A stretch of 63,334 nt of DNA, filler included, from Octopus bimaculoides (GCF_001194135.2; 6 parts of 5 records of this genome joined end to end with filler, not necessarily neighbours in it); one strand, 5' to 3'. Counted from the first letter of the whole stretch, positions 26,270-41,315 are shown. Numbers and translations: made by a program. Notes: a model not told the origin generated them from the sequence alone.

Positions 26270-27220
26270 ATATCGGCCAACTTCGCTTTCCATCCTTTCG
26301 AGGTCGTTAAAATAAGTACCAGTTTTGGACCCCCAAGAAAATTCTCATATTGGTTTCAAATTTTGACACAAGGCCAACAATTTCAAGGTGGTAGGGAAGC
26401 CGATTACATCTACCCCAGTGCTCAACTAGTACTTATTTTATTGCGCCTCAAAAGCATGAAACGCAAAGTCCGACCTCTGTGGAATTTGAGTTCGGAACGT
26501 AAAGACGGACAAAATCGCTAACGATTCTACCAGTTCATCGCCTTCCCCTTACACTTATATTCTTTTCTACTCTAAGCACAAGGCCCGAAATTTTGACGGC
26601 GGAGCCAGTCGATTAGATCGACCCTAGTACGCAACTGGTACTTAATTTATCGACCCCGAAAGAATGAAAGGTAAAATTGACCTCGGCGGAATTTGAACTC
26701 AGAACGTAAAGATAGACGAAATACCGCTAAGTATTTCGCCCAGCGTGCTAACGTCTCTGCCAATTCGTTGACTTCCCCTTACACTTATATTAGAAACAAT
26801 AATTATTATTTTGGATCAAATTATCTCCAAGTCAGCTTAAGCCACATTAATTGAATTGTATCGATTTGATCAGTATGGAGGCCCACCGAATAGTGTCGAG
26901 CTGTAATTCGAAGATACACATTTGATCACAACCACGAAACACGAAGCAGACAAAGGATTTTTTAACTCAATATTTACATGCTATTATATAAATATATATA
27001 GTTTTTAGTATAGGCAGCGACTTAGCAGAGTCCTCCGCATGTCGGACAAAAATGATTCGCAACATAGCGCCCGTCTTCACGTTTTAGGTTTAAATTCCTC
27101 CGATGACTTATTTACCTTTCATCCTTTCGGGATCAATAATGTAAAGTACCAGTTGAGCTCAAGACTCAATATACTCGACTCTCCTCTTGCCTCTGACCTG
27201 GTGCCAAAATTAGACAAGAT
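26270..27220. mobile_element. SINE family A cluster (26270-26335 +, 26350-26545 -, 26562-26774 - with TSD, 27010-27220 +)
   Basis: Consensus matches. CCCCTTACACTTATATT is duplicated at 26545-26561 and 26775-26791. Confidence 0.88.
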
Positions 27221-27858
27221 TTTTAAAGGGTTTTCTGCTTCGATTTTCACTTTTCGAAAAGAGAAAATAAATGTATTATTTTTAGTGTGTGAAGTGTTTG
27301 AGGAATAAATGTACAGCGTCTTGTACTTACATATTCCAAGTAAATGGGTCAACTGAAAGAACAACTTGAACCTTCTTGCAAAGAAGCCTGCGTGAGAGCC
27401 ATTCTCTTTTATTTCTTTCAGGAAAGTTAGAAACAAAGTTATTTAGATTGACTTTAAGTAGGGAAATATTGAAGTTACCAAAGCGATTACGTTCTTGTTT
27501 TTTTTTTGTTCTTTCCATCGTCTGTTTCCTTTTGCTGGTATATTTTTCCCCATTTGTGTACATATGTGTGTTTATACGCTAGTGTATGTGTGTATGCTTG
27601 TGTGTTCATGTGCGCATGCGTGCTTCTATTTCTCATATACGACATTATTTGTGTGATGGATTGGAGACACATTTCATTCCTTATAGCAATTCATTCATGC
27701 TAGGATGTCTAGAAATGCATAGAACAAAGTCTATATGTATATGTATGAATATGTGTTTGTATGCATACATATACATGTGTGAGTGAGTGTGTGTGTGTAT
27801 ATATGTGTGTGTGCGCGCATGTGTGTGTATGTATATATGCATACATAGGTATAAATAT

Positions 27859-27889
<31 letters not shown>

Positions 27890-28134
27890 AGAATTGTATG
27901 TACACACACATATATATATATATATTATATATATATATATACACACACATATATATATATATACATATACATATATAGAGAGAGAGAAGGAGAGGGAGAG
28001 AGAGAGACACGCACAGTTTTCATACATACGTTCGTGCATTCATACAGACAAGCACGTCTGAAATCAATCAATTACATACTCACACACGCATACACACACA
28101 TACACACACACGACACAGACACACAAGACGCATA

Positions 28135-28169
<35 letters not shown>

Positions 28170-29107
28170 GTATATATANNNNNNNNNNNNNNNNNNNNNN
28201 NNNNNNNNNNNNNNNNNNNNNNNNNNNNNNNNNNNNNNNNNNNNNNNNNNNNNNNNNNNNNNNNNNNNNNNNNNNNNNNNNNNNNNNNNNNNNNNNNNNN
28301 NNNNNNNNNNNNNNNNNNNNNNNNNNNNNNNNNNNNNNNNNNNNNNNNNNNNNNNNNNNNNNNNNNNNNNNNNNNNNNNNNNNNNNNNNNNNNNNNNNNN
28401 NNNNNNNNNNNNNNNNNNNNNNNNNNNNNNNNNNNNNNNNNNNNNNNNNNNNNNNNNNNNNNNNNNNNNNNNNNNNNNNNNNNNNNNNNNNNNNNNNNNN
28501 NNNNNNNNNNNNNNNNNNNNNNNNNNNNNNNNNNNNNNNNNNNNNNNNNNNNNNNNNNNNNNNNNNNNNNNNNNNNNNNNNNNNNNNNNNNNNNNNNNNN
28601 NNNNNNNNNNNNNNNNNNNNNNNNNNNNNNNNNNNNNNNNNNNNNNNNNNNNNNNNNNNNNNNNNNNNNNNNNNNNNNNNNNNNNNNNNNNNNNNNNNNN
28701 NNNNNNNNNNNNNNNNNNNNNNNNNNNNNNNNNNNNNNNNNNNNNNNNNNNNNNNNNNNNNNNNNNNNNNNNNNNNNNNNNNNNNNNNNNNNNNNNNNNN
28801 NNNNNNNNNNNNNNNNNNNNNNNNNNNNNNNNNNNNNNNNNNNNNNNNNNNNNNNNNNNNNNNNNNNNNNNNNNNNNNNNNNNNNNNNNNNNNNNNNNNN
28901 NNNNNNNNNNNNNNNNNNNNNNNNNNNNNNNNNNNNNNNNNNNNNNNNNNNNNNNNNNNNNNNNNNNNNNNNNNNNNNNNNNNNNNNNNNNNNNNNNNNN
29001 NNNNNNNNNNNNNNNNNNNNNNNNNNNNNNNNNNNNNNNNNNNNNNNNNNNNNNNNNNNNNNNNNNNNNNNNNNNNNNNNNNNNNNNATATATAAATATA
29101 TCTAGAG

Positions 29108-29144
<37 letters not shown>

Positions 29145-29330
29145 AATATATATATATACACACACACACATATATATATATACTTACATAGACATATGCT
29201 TATATGCGTCTCTTTACCTATGTCTACCAAAGTAATAAAAATATCTATGCCTCTATGCATGCATACACACGTATGTGTATGTGTGCGTGTATTCACATAT
29301 GCATACATGTGTTCAGAGATACATATATGC

Positions 29331-29411
<81 letters not shown>

Positions 29412-29760
29412 TTTGTATGTACACACACACATATATCTTTTATCTTTTATCTACATATACATATATATCTATACTTATTTATATATGTCTATGCACATAT
29501 GTATATATACGCGTTATACATGTGTGTGTGATTGTATGTGTGTATGTATGCGGTGTGCGTGCATGTGTACATATACACTCACACACACGCAACACAGTTA
29601 CACAGATACACACACGGACGTAACTTCTGCCCACCATATTAAATTCTCCTTCTAAAGAATTGCAAAGGTTACAAACTGTCTACTTCCTATTAGATTAGTA
29701 ACTTATTATTAACATTGTTCATTATTATTATCATTATCATCAATATCATCCTCATCATCA

Positions 29761-29805
<45 letters not shown>

Positions 29806-30814
29806 GTTCTTTCTTCCCGTTTACAAGAAGAAAAAGAAGAAAACCTCTTCTTATCTTCTTGTCGCTTTTTTACGCGCCAGCGTTTCTTTTCCCTTTGTTC
29901 TTCTTGTTGATGTTGGTATATTGTTAGTTATTTCGTTAAGTAGTTTTATTTTTTGCTCTTGTTTTATTTTTTCCTTTCGTTTTTTTTTTCATCCTGTTTG
30001 TAATACAAAATCAAATGTATCACCATATATATTTTCTATGCAGTTTCTCCCGCTTTCTTTATTTCGGTTTCCTTATTATTTCATTTTTTTATTTTTTTAC
30101 CTCTTTTCTCAATTGTGTCCAATTCTCTATCCCTAACACTTTTCATTGACAGTCGTCAAATCAATGCCAATTCGCATTATTCGCTCAATATTTTCACTTC
30201 ATGTGCTAAAATAATGTGAAGAACAGTAAGACATGGTGAAACATTTGGAACATTTCTTGTATTTTGAAGGGATTTTTGTTTTTTTATTTTTATATGATTT
30301 TTTTTTTTATTATATTCTGTATTGTATATTTTCTATATTTGTTTTATTTCTTTACTTCAATAGGGACATGTTAGTCATGTGACCAAGTGGGATATCGAGA
30401 TCTACGTACGTGAATGACAAGCGATGATGAAGGTTGATATGCGGGAATGGAAAGGAACGGAAAAAGGTTGAAGGAAAACAATGATAATAATCATAACAAA
30501 AATTTTTTAAAAAAAGAAGGAAAAATAAAATGCAGATGACATTGACGGAGATGACAGCGCCTATTTCGATGACGTTGCTGATGATGACGACGACGAGGGC
30601 GACGACGAGGGCGACGACGACAACGATGATGACGACATCGATGACATCGACGACGACGACGACGACGACGATGATGATGATGATGATGATGATGAGCTTG
30701 ACGAACAAAACTGACAGATCAGCAATAGCAACATGTGGGCAGAAAATCAATCGAAAGACATTAAATCTATTTCGCAACAGAATGTTCACTCAGCAAACTT
30801 CTCCCAGTAGAAAA

Positions 30815-31400
30815 CCTGATATAGGTTGATCTCGAAGAAATATAGGTTGATCTTGAATAAATATAAGTTGATCTTGTAGAAATATAGGTTGATCTTCTAG
30901 AAATATAAAATGATCTTGTAAAAATTTAGGTTGATCTGGTAGAAATACAGATTGATCTTGTAGAAATATAGGCTGATATTGTAGTAGAAATACAGGTTGA
31001 TCGTGAAAAAATACAAGTTGATCTTGTAGAAATAAAGGTTGATCTTCTAGAAATATAAAATGATCTTGTAGAAATATCGGCTGATATTGTAGAAATACAG
31101 GTTGATTTTGAAAAAAATACAAGTTTATCTTGTAGAAATATAAAATGATCCTGTAGAAATCTAGGTTGATCTTTTAGAGATATACTGGAGGTCTTGTAGA
31201 AATATAGGTAAATTTTGTAGAGATATAGGTTGAGTTTGTATAAATTCATACTTATCTTCCTTATACTGGCACAAATACATTTTAAAGGACTATATATTGA
31301 TCTTGGTTGATCTATGAGAAAAACAAACTGGTTTTGTAGAAATACCGATTGATCAAATAAAAATATATATATATTGATCTCGTAAATCTACGGGAAGAAC
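30815..31400. repeat. 21-bp minisatellite (TATAGGTTGATCTTGTAGAAA) with higher-order structure
   Basis: About 25 degenerate units. The minus strand translates as QPIFLQD heptads. Confidence 0.9.
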
Positions 31401-31489
31401 TAGTAGATCTACAGGTATTTTGGTAGAATAAATCATTACGATAGCAGATTGATTGCGTAAATTCATAAAACTCTCCATTCAATAAATAT

Positions 31490-32460
31490 TTGTTATGTTT
31501 GACGGGATTTGAACTAAAAGCACAGAGTGCCAAAATGTCCACTGCAAGACATTCCATTCCACTCTCTTCCTTTATCCATTTGTCTATTTGATCACTCACA
31601 GTCTCTAATGCACCAAGTATCACAAGCACTAGCAATGTGAATCACTCTTTCGACCCTCTTCACACACTTTCTACAGAGGTTCATTGCACCTGTGTGGTAT
31701 ATATCCCTTTTCACTAATTCGGTACTCAATACGTGATCCTGGGTAGCGATGATTAGGCTTTCAGTCTTCTTTTTAAGGTCACCTTGCTGAGTCATTACCA
31801 TGATGTTCATTCTTGGTAAATCCTTTTGCATTAGCAACAGGTCTTGTTTGTTGTTTACCAAATATTCTGTCACGTTTCTTCTTTCACCGTTGATGCATTT
31901 CCGTTCGCCAATCAGCCCACCTCCACCTTTACACTTCTTCGTGTAGAGCTTGTGTGCATTCGTCTTATGATGAAGAACACCATTCAATGTCATTGTATTT
32001 CGGGTAATGCGATCCAGTTACTTAATATCCGCTCGTGTCCATTTCAGAATGGGTGCACTATAGCAGATTACAGCAACAGTCCATATGTGTATAGCAGTCA
32101 CAAGCTTCCTTGAGTTGTGTTTTGACTTCAAGGGAAATTTGAAGTACTTCAAATATGCAGTGGTGACCTTGTCTTTCATCTCACTGAGCAAGATACTGTC
32201 CAGCTCCAAGATTTATAGGTAATTATACCTATCATCATGCGGGTCTTCCACTCGCTCTCCATTTGGCAATTCTAAGCCCCTACAATCTGCTTCCCCACGC
32301 CGTTTCAAAGTGAGCATCGCACACTTTGAGATACCTAATTCCATCCCTATATCCTTGTTGTAACGTCTTCACAATCTCAACCAGCCTCTCTATTTCAGGC
32401 TCTGTTTTTGCGAGCAATTTTAAATCATTAATGATGAGAATGTGGTTATTATCTCATTAC
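31490..32460 (-). mobile_element. Decayed R4/Dong-like non-LTR retrotransposon (RT C-terminus plus zinc knuckle preceding the REL domain)
   Basis: Frameshifted pieces NHILIINDLKLLAK (YxDD region), SKCAMLTLKR, TAIHIWTVAVICYS, TESLIIATQDHVLST, CRKC...IHIASAC match the motif order of this clade. Confidence 0.8.
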
Positions 32461-33067
32461 TATTTCCAAAAGTTTTAAATTTAAATATCTGGTCATAGAG
32501 CTAACAGAAACATGCAACCAACATTCAAACTAATCTAATCCCAAAATCCTAGGCGCAGAAATACATTTCTAAGAATCTCCTGTATTTTGGCTGTGGTGAG
32601 ATGTTTGTGCCTGAAATGTAACGATGGAATTTTGTCTTGCCTCTTCGTTAGAGACAATACATTCGATAGAGAAACGTTAAGGAAGAAAACCTACACACAT
32701 ATCATTAGTGAAATTGGCGATGTGACAATATGCCTTAAGGGCAATCTGTGAAGTATTGGATTTTACGATGGAACTCATCCTTGTTTTTATTCTATCGCTT
32801 AGTTAGCGACTGCTTCTGTCCTTGGTAAAGGAAATGGACGTTTTAAAATTGTTATCATGGAATATACTGGTTGCACGAAAACACATATATACGCAGACAC
32901 ATGTGCGTATATGCGCGCGTGTGTATGTGTGTGTGTGTGTGCTTGTATGTATGAACATATGTTTGCATAAACATATATATGTATGTGTATATATATCTGT
33001 ACATACATATACATATGTATATATATATATATACATAGATACATACATATTTATATCTATCTATCTA

Positions 33068-33135
<68 letters not shown>

Positions 33136-33640
33136 TATATATATATGTATGTGTGTGCGTGTGTGTGTTAATAAAGAAAGTAATGACAAAGCGTTGCTAT
33201 GAATACTGTGTATGTAGAAATCATATTCAATATCTTTAATAAACATATATTTAGTCTCACTGTTAAAATATAACCTGTGGATAAATCACAGGAACTTCAG
33301 CAGCTGAGAACGATGATGGTCCGACTTATTTTGTCTTTCTTCAGATTTTAAGAGATTGCTTCCCTCGCCTCTCATCTACTGAAGTTACGAAGTAGATCGT
33401 ATCTGATTAGAATAGATTTTAAAAAACGTAAACAATCTAATACTAACTTATAGAACGTTATATTAAGGTACATGGTTGAAGACGGGATTTACCTAATAGA
33501 AAATATACAAACACAACCTTGTTATGGATGAGAGTGTTCAATTTCCGGGAGATGTTTACACACATATATTCACCTTACTTTTGTCGTTGCACTTGTTTAG
33601 TTTGCGATTCGTCTCTTTTTTTCGATAGCAGCATAACACT

Positions 33641-33895
33641 CAGAGACATTTATGCAGTAGTGATACGATGAAGTAGTTGTATGTTGTCAACTTAATGTAG
33701 CAGTCCCCTGAAGGGAATAATACTACTGTTGGTTAGACCTAGGAAGCTGCACCGTTTCCTGTCGGCCTTGACACATAAGGTCACAGGAAATGTGTCAAGG
33801 CCGACAGGAAGTGGTGTTGCTTCCTAGGTCTAACCAACAGTAGTATTATTCCTTTCAGGGGACTGTCACATTAAGGTGACAACATACAACTACTT
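33641..33895. mobile_element. Asymmetric fold-back element with 12-bp TSD
   Basis: About 107-bp arms (33670-33776 and 33790-33896) with a 13-nt loop and 29 extra bp on the left. CAGCATAACACT at 33629-33640 and 33896-33907. Confidence 0.85.
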
Positions 33896-35254
33896 CAGCA
33901 TAACACTGTTGTATAAAAGATTATAAGATCATAAGATTATAATTATAAGATTTCTCGTTTTCAGAGAACGATTGTGCGTTCAGCGTATAAAACTTTAAGA
34001 GCTCAAAGTTTGGAGTTCCTTAAATTTATTCATTAGAAAATTAACTGATTCTGTCCCAAAATATTGGCGAATTAAATGGATTTGTCTCAAAATATCCGGC
34101 AATAATTTGGCATTAACATTCAATAAGTTATACTAATATACATTTCACAAGAATTATCGCTGTGCCATTGCTCTATTCATTTTGTCTTCACATGTGAGTC
34201 GATTTTGCACCAATGACAGATTTATTTTATGCAGTTCATTTTTTTCTTTCTCATTCCCTGTTTTAGGCACATATGCAGTTCCTATTTGTTTTATATTTCC
34301 CACAAGTAGATGGATTTTCACTTACGTTGAATTCCAGAATCTCATTGCATCGGGTCAGGGGTATAATATACTCATAATCACTTCTAATATTTTCCAAAGC
34401 TCTATGTCTTTTTTAAAGTTATTTACTTTCATGCTCTAGTAATAGCAGTATTTTTAATATTGCACATTCTCTCTGTTTATTTACACTAATATTTGCATTA
34501 AGATATACTTTGATGTGCGCCATGAGAAAATACATTCATCAGAAATTAGCACCTAAAAATGATTTTCTCATTGTGCACTTTGGTTTATTTGCAGTAGCAT
34601 TAATCCATATATTTGCTTAATAATGTATTTCTTAATAACTTATCGCTACGAGACTTAAATCTGGAAGATGAAATTAACTGACATCTTTCTTTAGTCTACC
34701 TCATAAGCTATGAAAATGCCACCTTTATAGAATATCTCTGCTCATTACTTCTCAATATTTTCGGGGAAGAACGGTTTGTTTGTTTTGTGTTTTTTGTGTG
34801 TGTGGGTCTGTTCTTTTTTTTTTTTCCACATGAGTCAATTTGAACAATACTAGTAAGCTACTATAACGAGAAAAGGGTTCAATATCTGTCTCGCTAATGA
34901 ACATACAAGTGTAGTTCAGATAGGTTTAGAGTACCACAGGCAGAAAATCTAAGCATCGAGTACGAGGTGTAAAATATTTATATTTGTTTCATTATTTGCT
35001 TATCAATCTCTTTTCTACATGAAAGTCCCCCTTTTTTTTTCTATATTTATGGTAATTTATACATTAGTAATAGCACTATATTTAGAGTTCTGCACTCTAC
35101 ATTGCATAATCCGATTTTTGCTTTCTGATATATTTTCATTTGCATATTGTATGAATATACCTTCATATGTATGAGTGTGAATGTACCCCCCCCCCACACA
35201 CACACAAACAAACAAACAAGCAAACATATAGCAAGATCTCTTCAAGTAATAAAT

Positions 35255-36130
35255 AACGGTAATGAATCGATCCGTTTTACAATGGGAATCAATGAAAGGG
35301 CACTTCCTGTTTTGGATATCCTGATAAACAATTACAACCGATCTCTAACTGCAAGTACAGAGACACCTACCAACAACTAAATTCTAGAGCTCCCCACCCA
35401 TATCACATTCAATATGGCCAGACGGATATGTTCAATACTTACAGGCACAAATTGACGAGAGAAGTGACTGGTAGAACTAAGTATATTCCTTCAGAAACAA
35501 AAATACCACCAAAATTTAGTAAACATGCCATACCCCAAGCAAAAGAAATCCTGATTTTTATCTTATGTAGATGACCTCACAATGAGAGTAAAAACAAAAC
35601 CACAGTACAAATATTCCATTGTGGGCACCCATAATTCTAGAAACCACAAGATATATTCGGTTGAAAGAGATCTTCCAATTTTACATCAAGCACCAAATTT
35701 TCGAAAAATAATTAAAGAATTAAATATTAACAGCCGAAGACAACATCAAATTTTAAAAGGCTCTTAAGAGAAGCAACATTCATATGGATGATGCAGGTAG
35801 GAAACTGCAGAGATCCACGTGGTAAGGTGAAGGAAATAATTGGACAGGGAGCAACTAAAAGATCGAAGAATGGGAAGGAACTGAAGGTTAATGCAAACAT
35901 GAATTCCAAAGCAAATGTCTTATCTATTGTATCACATGCCTTCGATGCAATGAGAATTATATCGGCCACAAAGAACCGAAATGAATAAATTATATGAGAG
36001 TGCATACAGAACAAATCAAATATTCATCTTCAAGAAATTTTTCGAATATCTAGACATTTTTGCAATGGAAAATTCGAAATAGTTCCTCTTTTAATAATAA
36101 AGGAGATTAAAAGGCAAAATAAGAATACTT
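35255..36130 (+). mobile_element. Decayed Penelope-like element (RT thumb region plus GIY-YIG endonuclease)
   Basis: IRFTMGINERALPVLDILI (cf. I.FT.E...LPFLD.LI), NSRRQHQILK, KVNANMNS..., NYIGH...MRVHTEQIK; many stops and frameshifts. Confidence 0.7.
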
Positions 36131-36375
36131 TATTTGAATTCTAAATCCCAGGCTAAGCAGGAAAAAGTTTTCCGAAAACGACTTCCTCAATACTGATTAC
36201 CTCATAACAAGTGTGTTTGAAAAACTGTACAGCGAAAGCGCTTACACACATAATATGAACACTTTCATCCCAAAAATCCATATCATTCTCTTCCAAAATA
36301 CTTTTAAATAATTTATATTTTTTCAGAAAATATCTTTTCACACACACATACGCATATATATACATACATACATAC

Positions 36376-36420
<45 letters not shown>

Positions 36421-37672
36421 NNNNNNNNNNNNNNNNNNNNNNNNNNNNNNNNNNNNNNNNNNNNNNNNNNNNNNNNNNNNNNNNNNNNNNNNNAGATTTA
36501 ATCAAAAGATTAAATGTGGTACTTAAAATGTTTGAGGCACCAGAATTTGGTAGGATAAAAACCAAAAACAAAATCAAGAGATTTGGTGAATAAAATTTGA
36601 AGGTAAGCAACAAAAATTCGATAGGTTATAGCAGTACGTACGTTTCGTACAAGTTCCATTTATTCATGTAGTGAGAACACCACAGAATGTACAATGAAAA
36701 TGTACTCCTCAGCTGCATAATGGAATTTCATTTTAGAAAGTCATTTTGAAGATGTTTGCAAAAAACAAGAGTAAGAGAAGAAAACATACCATCTCGACTA
36801 TGCTGCTGTGTACCACACATCAGGTGTCACAGTGATCGCAGAGCAACGTGAGATGAAGCGTTTTGCTCAAGAACACTCGGTCTAGGAATTGAAATCACGA
36901 GTTTATATACATAAGCTCTTAAACTCCTATTTCCTGATTAGGGTAAAAATAATTCTGTGAAACAAGAATTGGCTAAAAGAACTGTGTACCTCGAGTGTGT
37001 AATAATAATTCTAATGATTTGAGAATGAATATATGGCACTACATCATTAACATTATTTACAAAACCTTTATATAAACATAACTAAAGATATAATTAATGA
37101 CTCAAAATTATATTCCTAAATAGTTCTTTACAGCTGTTTCAAAAAATTCAACGATCATTTGATGTTTTAATGTGTATTACGTAAAGCAATGTGCTTACTG
37201 ATGCAATAATACACATCAAACAAGTTGACGCTATTTAACTGTTAAAATGAACGTATACGCATGAAACATTGAAGCGCCGATTTTCTTTCATGAGTGGTGA
37301 TGATGATGATGATGATTATGTGTATGTGGGTGTGTGTGTGTGTGTGTGGAATAGGTCTTGTATGGGGGTAGAAATACATAGCTTAAATGAAGTTTCAATA
37401 CACATGTAATAAAAATGAATATCTTTAAAAATCGCAAATATGAATGCGTGTATATGAGTGCATGTATATGTATTTATGTATGTGTGCGTGTGTGCGCGCA
37501 CGCGCGAATATATACGTACATATGTAAATATGTATGTATTTATTTATGTATATATATATATATATATGTGTGTGTACATATATGTTTTTATTATATGTAT
37601 ATATATATGTGTGTGTGTGTACATATATGCATTTATATATGTATATATATGTATATATATATATATATATGT

Positions 37673-37722
<50 letters not shown>

Positions 37723-38845
37723 TGTGTGTGCGTGTGTGTGTATAAACAGAACGTGGGGAAGGGAAAGAGGGAGAGAAAGTGAGAAATAGTGTGAAAGAGA
37801 AAGAGAGAATTATGAAAATAGTATCTTAAATATTTGACCGTTTGATCAATTACTCGTTTCACAATCCATCAGGAGTGAGTACTGAGGGAGAGTCATGCCT
37901 AGGGTTTAGGATTTACTTTTTGGTTTGTTTTCAATATATGTATACATTTTTTTTTATATTCATTAATGTCTTTATTTTTTTGTTTTGATTTTTGCTTCTG
38001 TTTTTGTTTTTTGTTTTTTTTTTTTCTTGTTACAAAATTATGCTTAACAGATAAATGTTTCTTGAGACAAGCAAGATATGTGACTTTGGTTGGGAGATAT
38101 CTAAAATTATAAAAATAAGAAATATATTTTAGAAACAGAAAAAAAAAATACATAGCGCTATTCTATCTGGGACTAATATATTCAACATCTGTCATTATAG
38201 ACATATATTTCTAAGAAATACCTCATAACAGTTCTTCATGACCAGAATGTTTCAGCATTCAGATATTGATATATAATATGGATTACATCTTTGTCCATCT
38301 CCATCTCTTTCTCTCCGTTTCTCTCCCTTTCGTTTCTACAACCCATCTTTCTCTTTCTCTATCTGCCTTTCTCTTTCTGCCTTTCTCTCTCTGCCTCTCT
38401 CTCTCTGCCTTTCTCTCTCTCCATCTCTCTCTCTTTCTTTTTTCTCTCTCACCTCTTTTCGTTTGTCTCATTCTTTTTAGTTGTATTTGAATCGCCCAAT
38501 TCTTCTTTATGACTGTCTCTATCTTTCTGTCTTTGATATCTGAGGCTAGCTTTCTTTGTCTCTAACTTTCTCTGTCGCACTTCTCTCTCTCACTCTCCTT
38601 CTCTCTCTCTCCCTCTCTTTTGTCATCTATCTCTCCTTCTTTCAAGATATTTCTCTCACTTATTTCTTCTTATCTTTCTCTCACTTATTTCTTCTTATCT
38701 TTCTCTTTGTGAATCTTCTTGTCTCTACTTCTTTATCTATCATTAAAACTCTCACATTCTCTCTCTGTATCTCCCTTTCATTTTGTACTTCTCCACCCCT
38801 TTTCCTTCTCTTTCTGTTTATCTACCTATCCCTCTATCTGTCTGA

Positions 38846-38907
<62 letters not shown>

Positions 38908-41275
38908 GTCTGTCTGTCTTTCTAACTATGTATCTATCTATGTTTCTGTCTCTCTATCTATGTATCTATCTTTCTTTCTTTTATCTTTTTTTTTCTTTGT
39001 CTATCTATGTATCTATCTATCTCTTTATCCGTCTATATATCTATTTTTCTATCTAGTTCTCTCCCTTCTTCTCTCTAAATTTATTCTAACCCTCCTACCT
39101 CAACTATTTTCTCACGTTGTGATTATCACTGAAACTCTCCATCACTGAAACTCGTTACCTCTCTCTCCCACATCTATCTGTCTATTTATCCCTAACTCTG
39201 CCTCCCTGTTCGACAATTACTTTCTATTTTATATTGATCAGTATATATTGAAATTGAGAAGCAATTTCAAATCCCCAGTTATTATAGAACGGCAGAACGA
39301 AAATGTCCCCATTGAAATATATCATAGAGTAAGACAGGAACACTTGGTCCTATATATAAAACTAAATGGGAATATAAAGCGCCCTCTATTCCATCCAATT
39401 TGCATAAGGAATAAATTAATATGCTACAAAGATTGTTATATTTCATACCACTCCCATTTGAAACCTTTAAATGATGGATATTTTCTTCCCCAAACCGCGT
39501 CAGCAAAATTTATTCATGATTTTATTCAAATACTACTCCACCATTTCTCTCTCTTTTATGTATATACACATATGTATGTGTGCATGTATAATTATGTACA
39601 TGTACAGAGACATATATATATATTCATATATATATATATATANNNNNNNNNNNNNNNNNNNNNNNNNNNNNNNNNNNNNNNNNNNNNNNNNNNNNNNNNN
39701 NNNNNNNNNNNNNNNNNNNNNNNNNNNNNNNNNNNNNNNNNNNNNNNNNNNNNNNNNNNNNNNNNNNNNNNNNNNNNNNNNNNNNNNNNNNNNNNNNNNN
39801 NNNNNNNNNNNNNNNNNNNNNNNNNNNNNNNNNNNNNNNNNNNNNNNNNNNNNNNNNNNNNNNNNNNNNNNNNNNNNNNNNNNNNNNNNNNNNNNNNNNN
39901 NNNNNNNNNNNNNNNNNNNNNNNNNNNNNNNNNNNNNNNNNNNNNNNNNNNNNNNNNNNNNNNNNNNNNNNNNNNNNNNNNNNNNNNNNNNNNNNNNNNN
40001 NNNNNNNNNNNNNNNNNNNNNNNNNNNNNNNNNNNNNNNNNNNNNNNNNNNNNNNNNNNNNNNNNNNNNNNNNNNNNNNNNNNNNNNNNNNNNNNNNNNN
40101 NNNNNNNNNNNNNNNNNNNNNNNNNNNNNNNNNNNNNNNNNNNNNNNNNNNNNNNNNNNNNNNNNNNNNNNNNNNNNNNNNNNNNNNNNNNNNNNNNNNN
40201 NNNNNNNNNNNNNNNNNNNNNNNNNNNNNNNNNNNNNNNNNNNNNNNNNNTGTATGTGTGTACGTATGTATGTATGTATGTATATGTATGAATGAATGAA
40301 TGAATGAATATACATATCAAATATTTTCATTTCCCGTCATGGGTATTTATAAATTTACGTAGCTGTATTAGATCCATCAGTCAGTCAAACACTTGAGTTG
40401 AGGGCGAGGTGGAAGGGATTATTTATGGTAGTGGTGGTGGTGGTGGTGGTGGTGGTGGTGGTGACGGTGGTGCGTGGGAGGTATTAGGGGTAAAGGAGGA
40501 AGGGAGCACAATCTAAGTTCCCGTCCCCGAGCAGTTTAGCTGGCTTGTTATTATTTCACACATTCCATCACTACTTGGCAACTCAGACAACGAATGAATG
40601 AACGAACAAATTGAGTGACAATTCTCAGCTGGAATAGCTTTTAGACGGTGACATTTAACGGATTACGTGAAACCAAGCACCTGACTTCTAAATAACACAC
40701 ATGATATTTAGTGTCAACTCAGCTCATAGGTGCTGTTGATGGGTTACCAGATACGATATATAAAACAAAAACCATAACTACAACCAATTGACCATAATCA
40801 TTAGAACCTACATCCATCGCTCGCTTAGGTTTAAATGACCAAGAGGGATTATAGATGGGAGATGGCGCGATGTAAAACGGGAAATTAAGGTAAATGAATT
40901 AACAGATTTATGACCCCGGAATATGGATAAAGAAATAAAAACAGGCAATTCATCATCGTATACGTTGCTATCAATGGACAATTTCAGATATCACCGTTGT
41001 AATTGGATACGCGTACTGGGTAAATGTGACCTGAATTACGGTATAAATTGTTGAATCGAATACGTCCGAAGGAAAGATGGAGCCATCTTGCTCGGAAAAT
41101 CATTTATTTATATGTATATACAATCAATGACTCTCTTCCTTTCTTTCTTTATTTCTTTCTTTCTTTCTCTCTCTCTCTATCTCCCCCCCTCTCTCTCTCT
41201 CTCTCTTTTCCCCCACTCTCACACACTCGCTCATTTTTATTTTCTCGCTTTCTCTGTATATAAAAATATAAAGAT

Positions 41276-41315
<40 letters not shown>

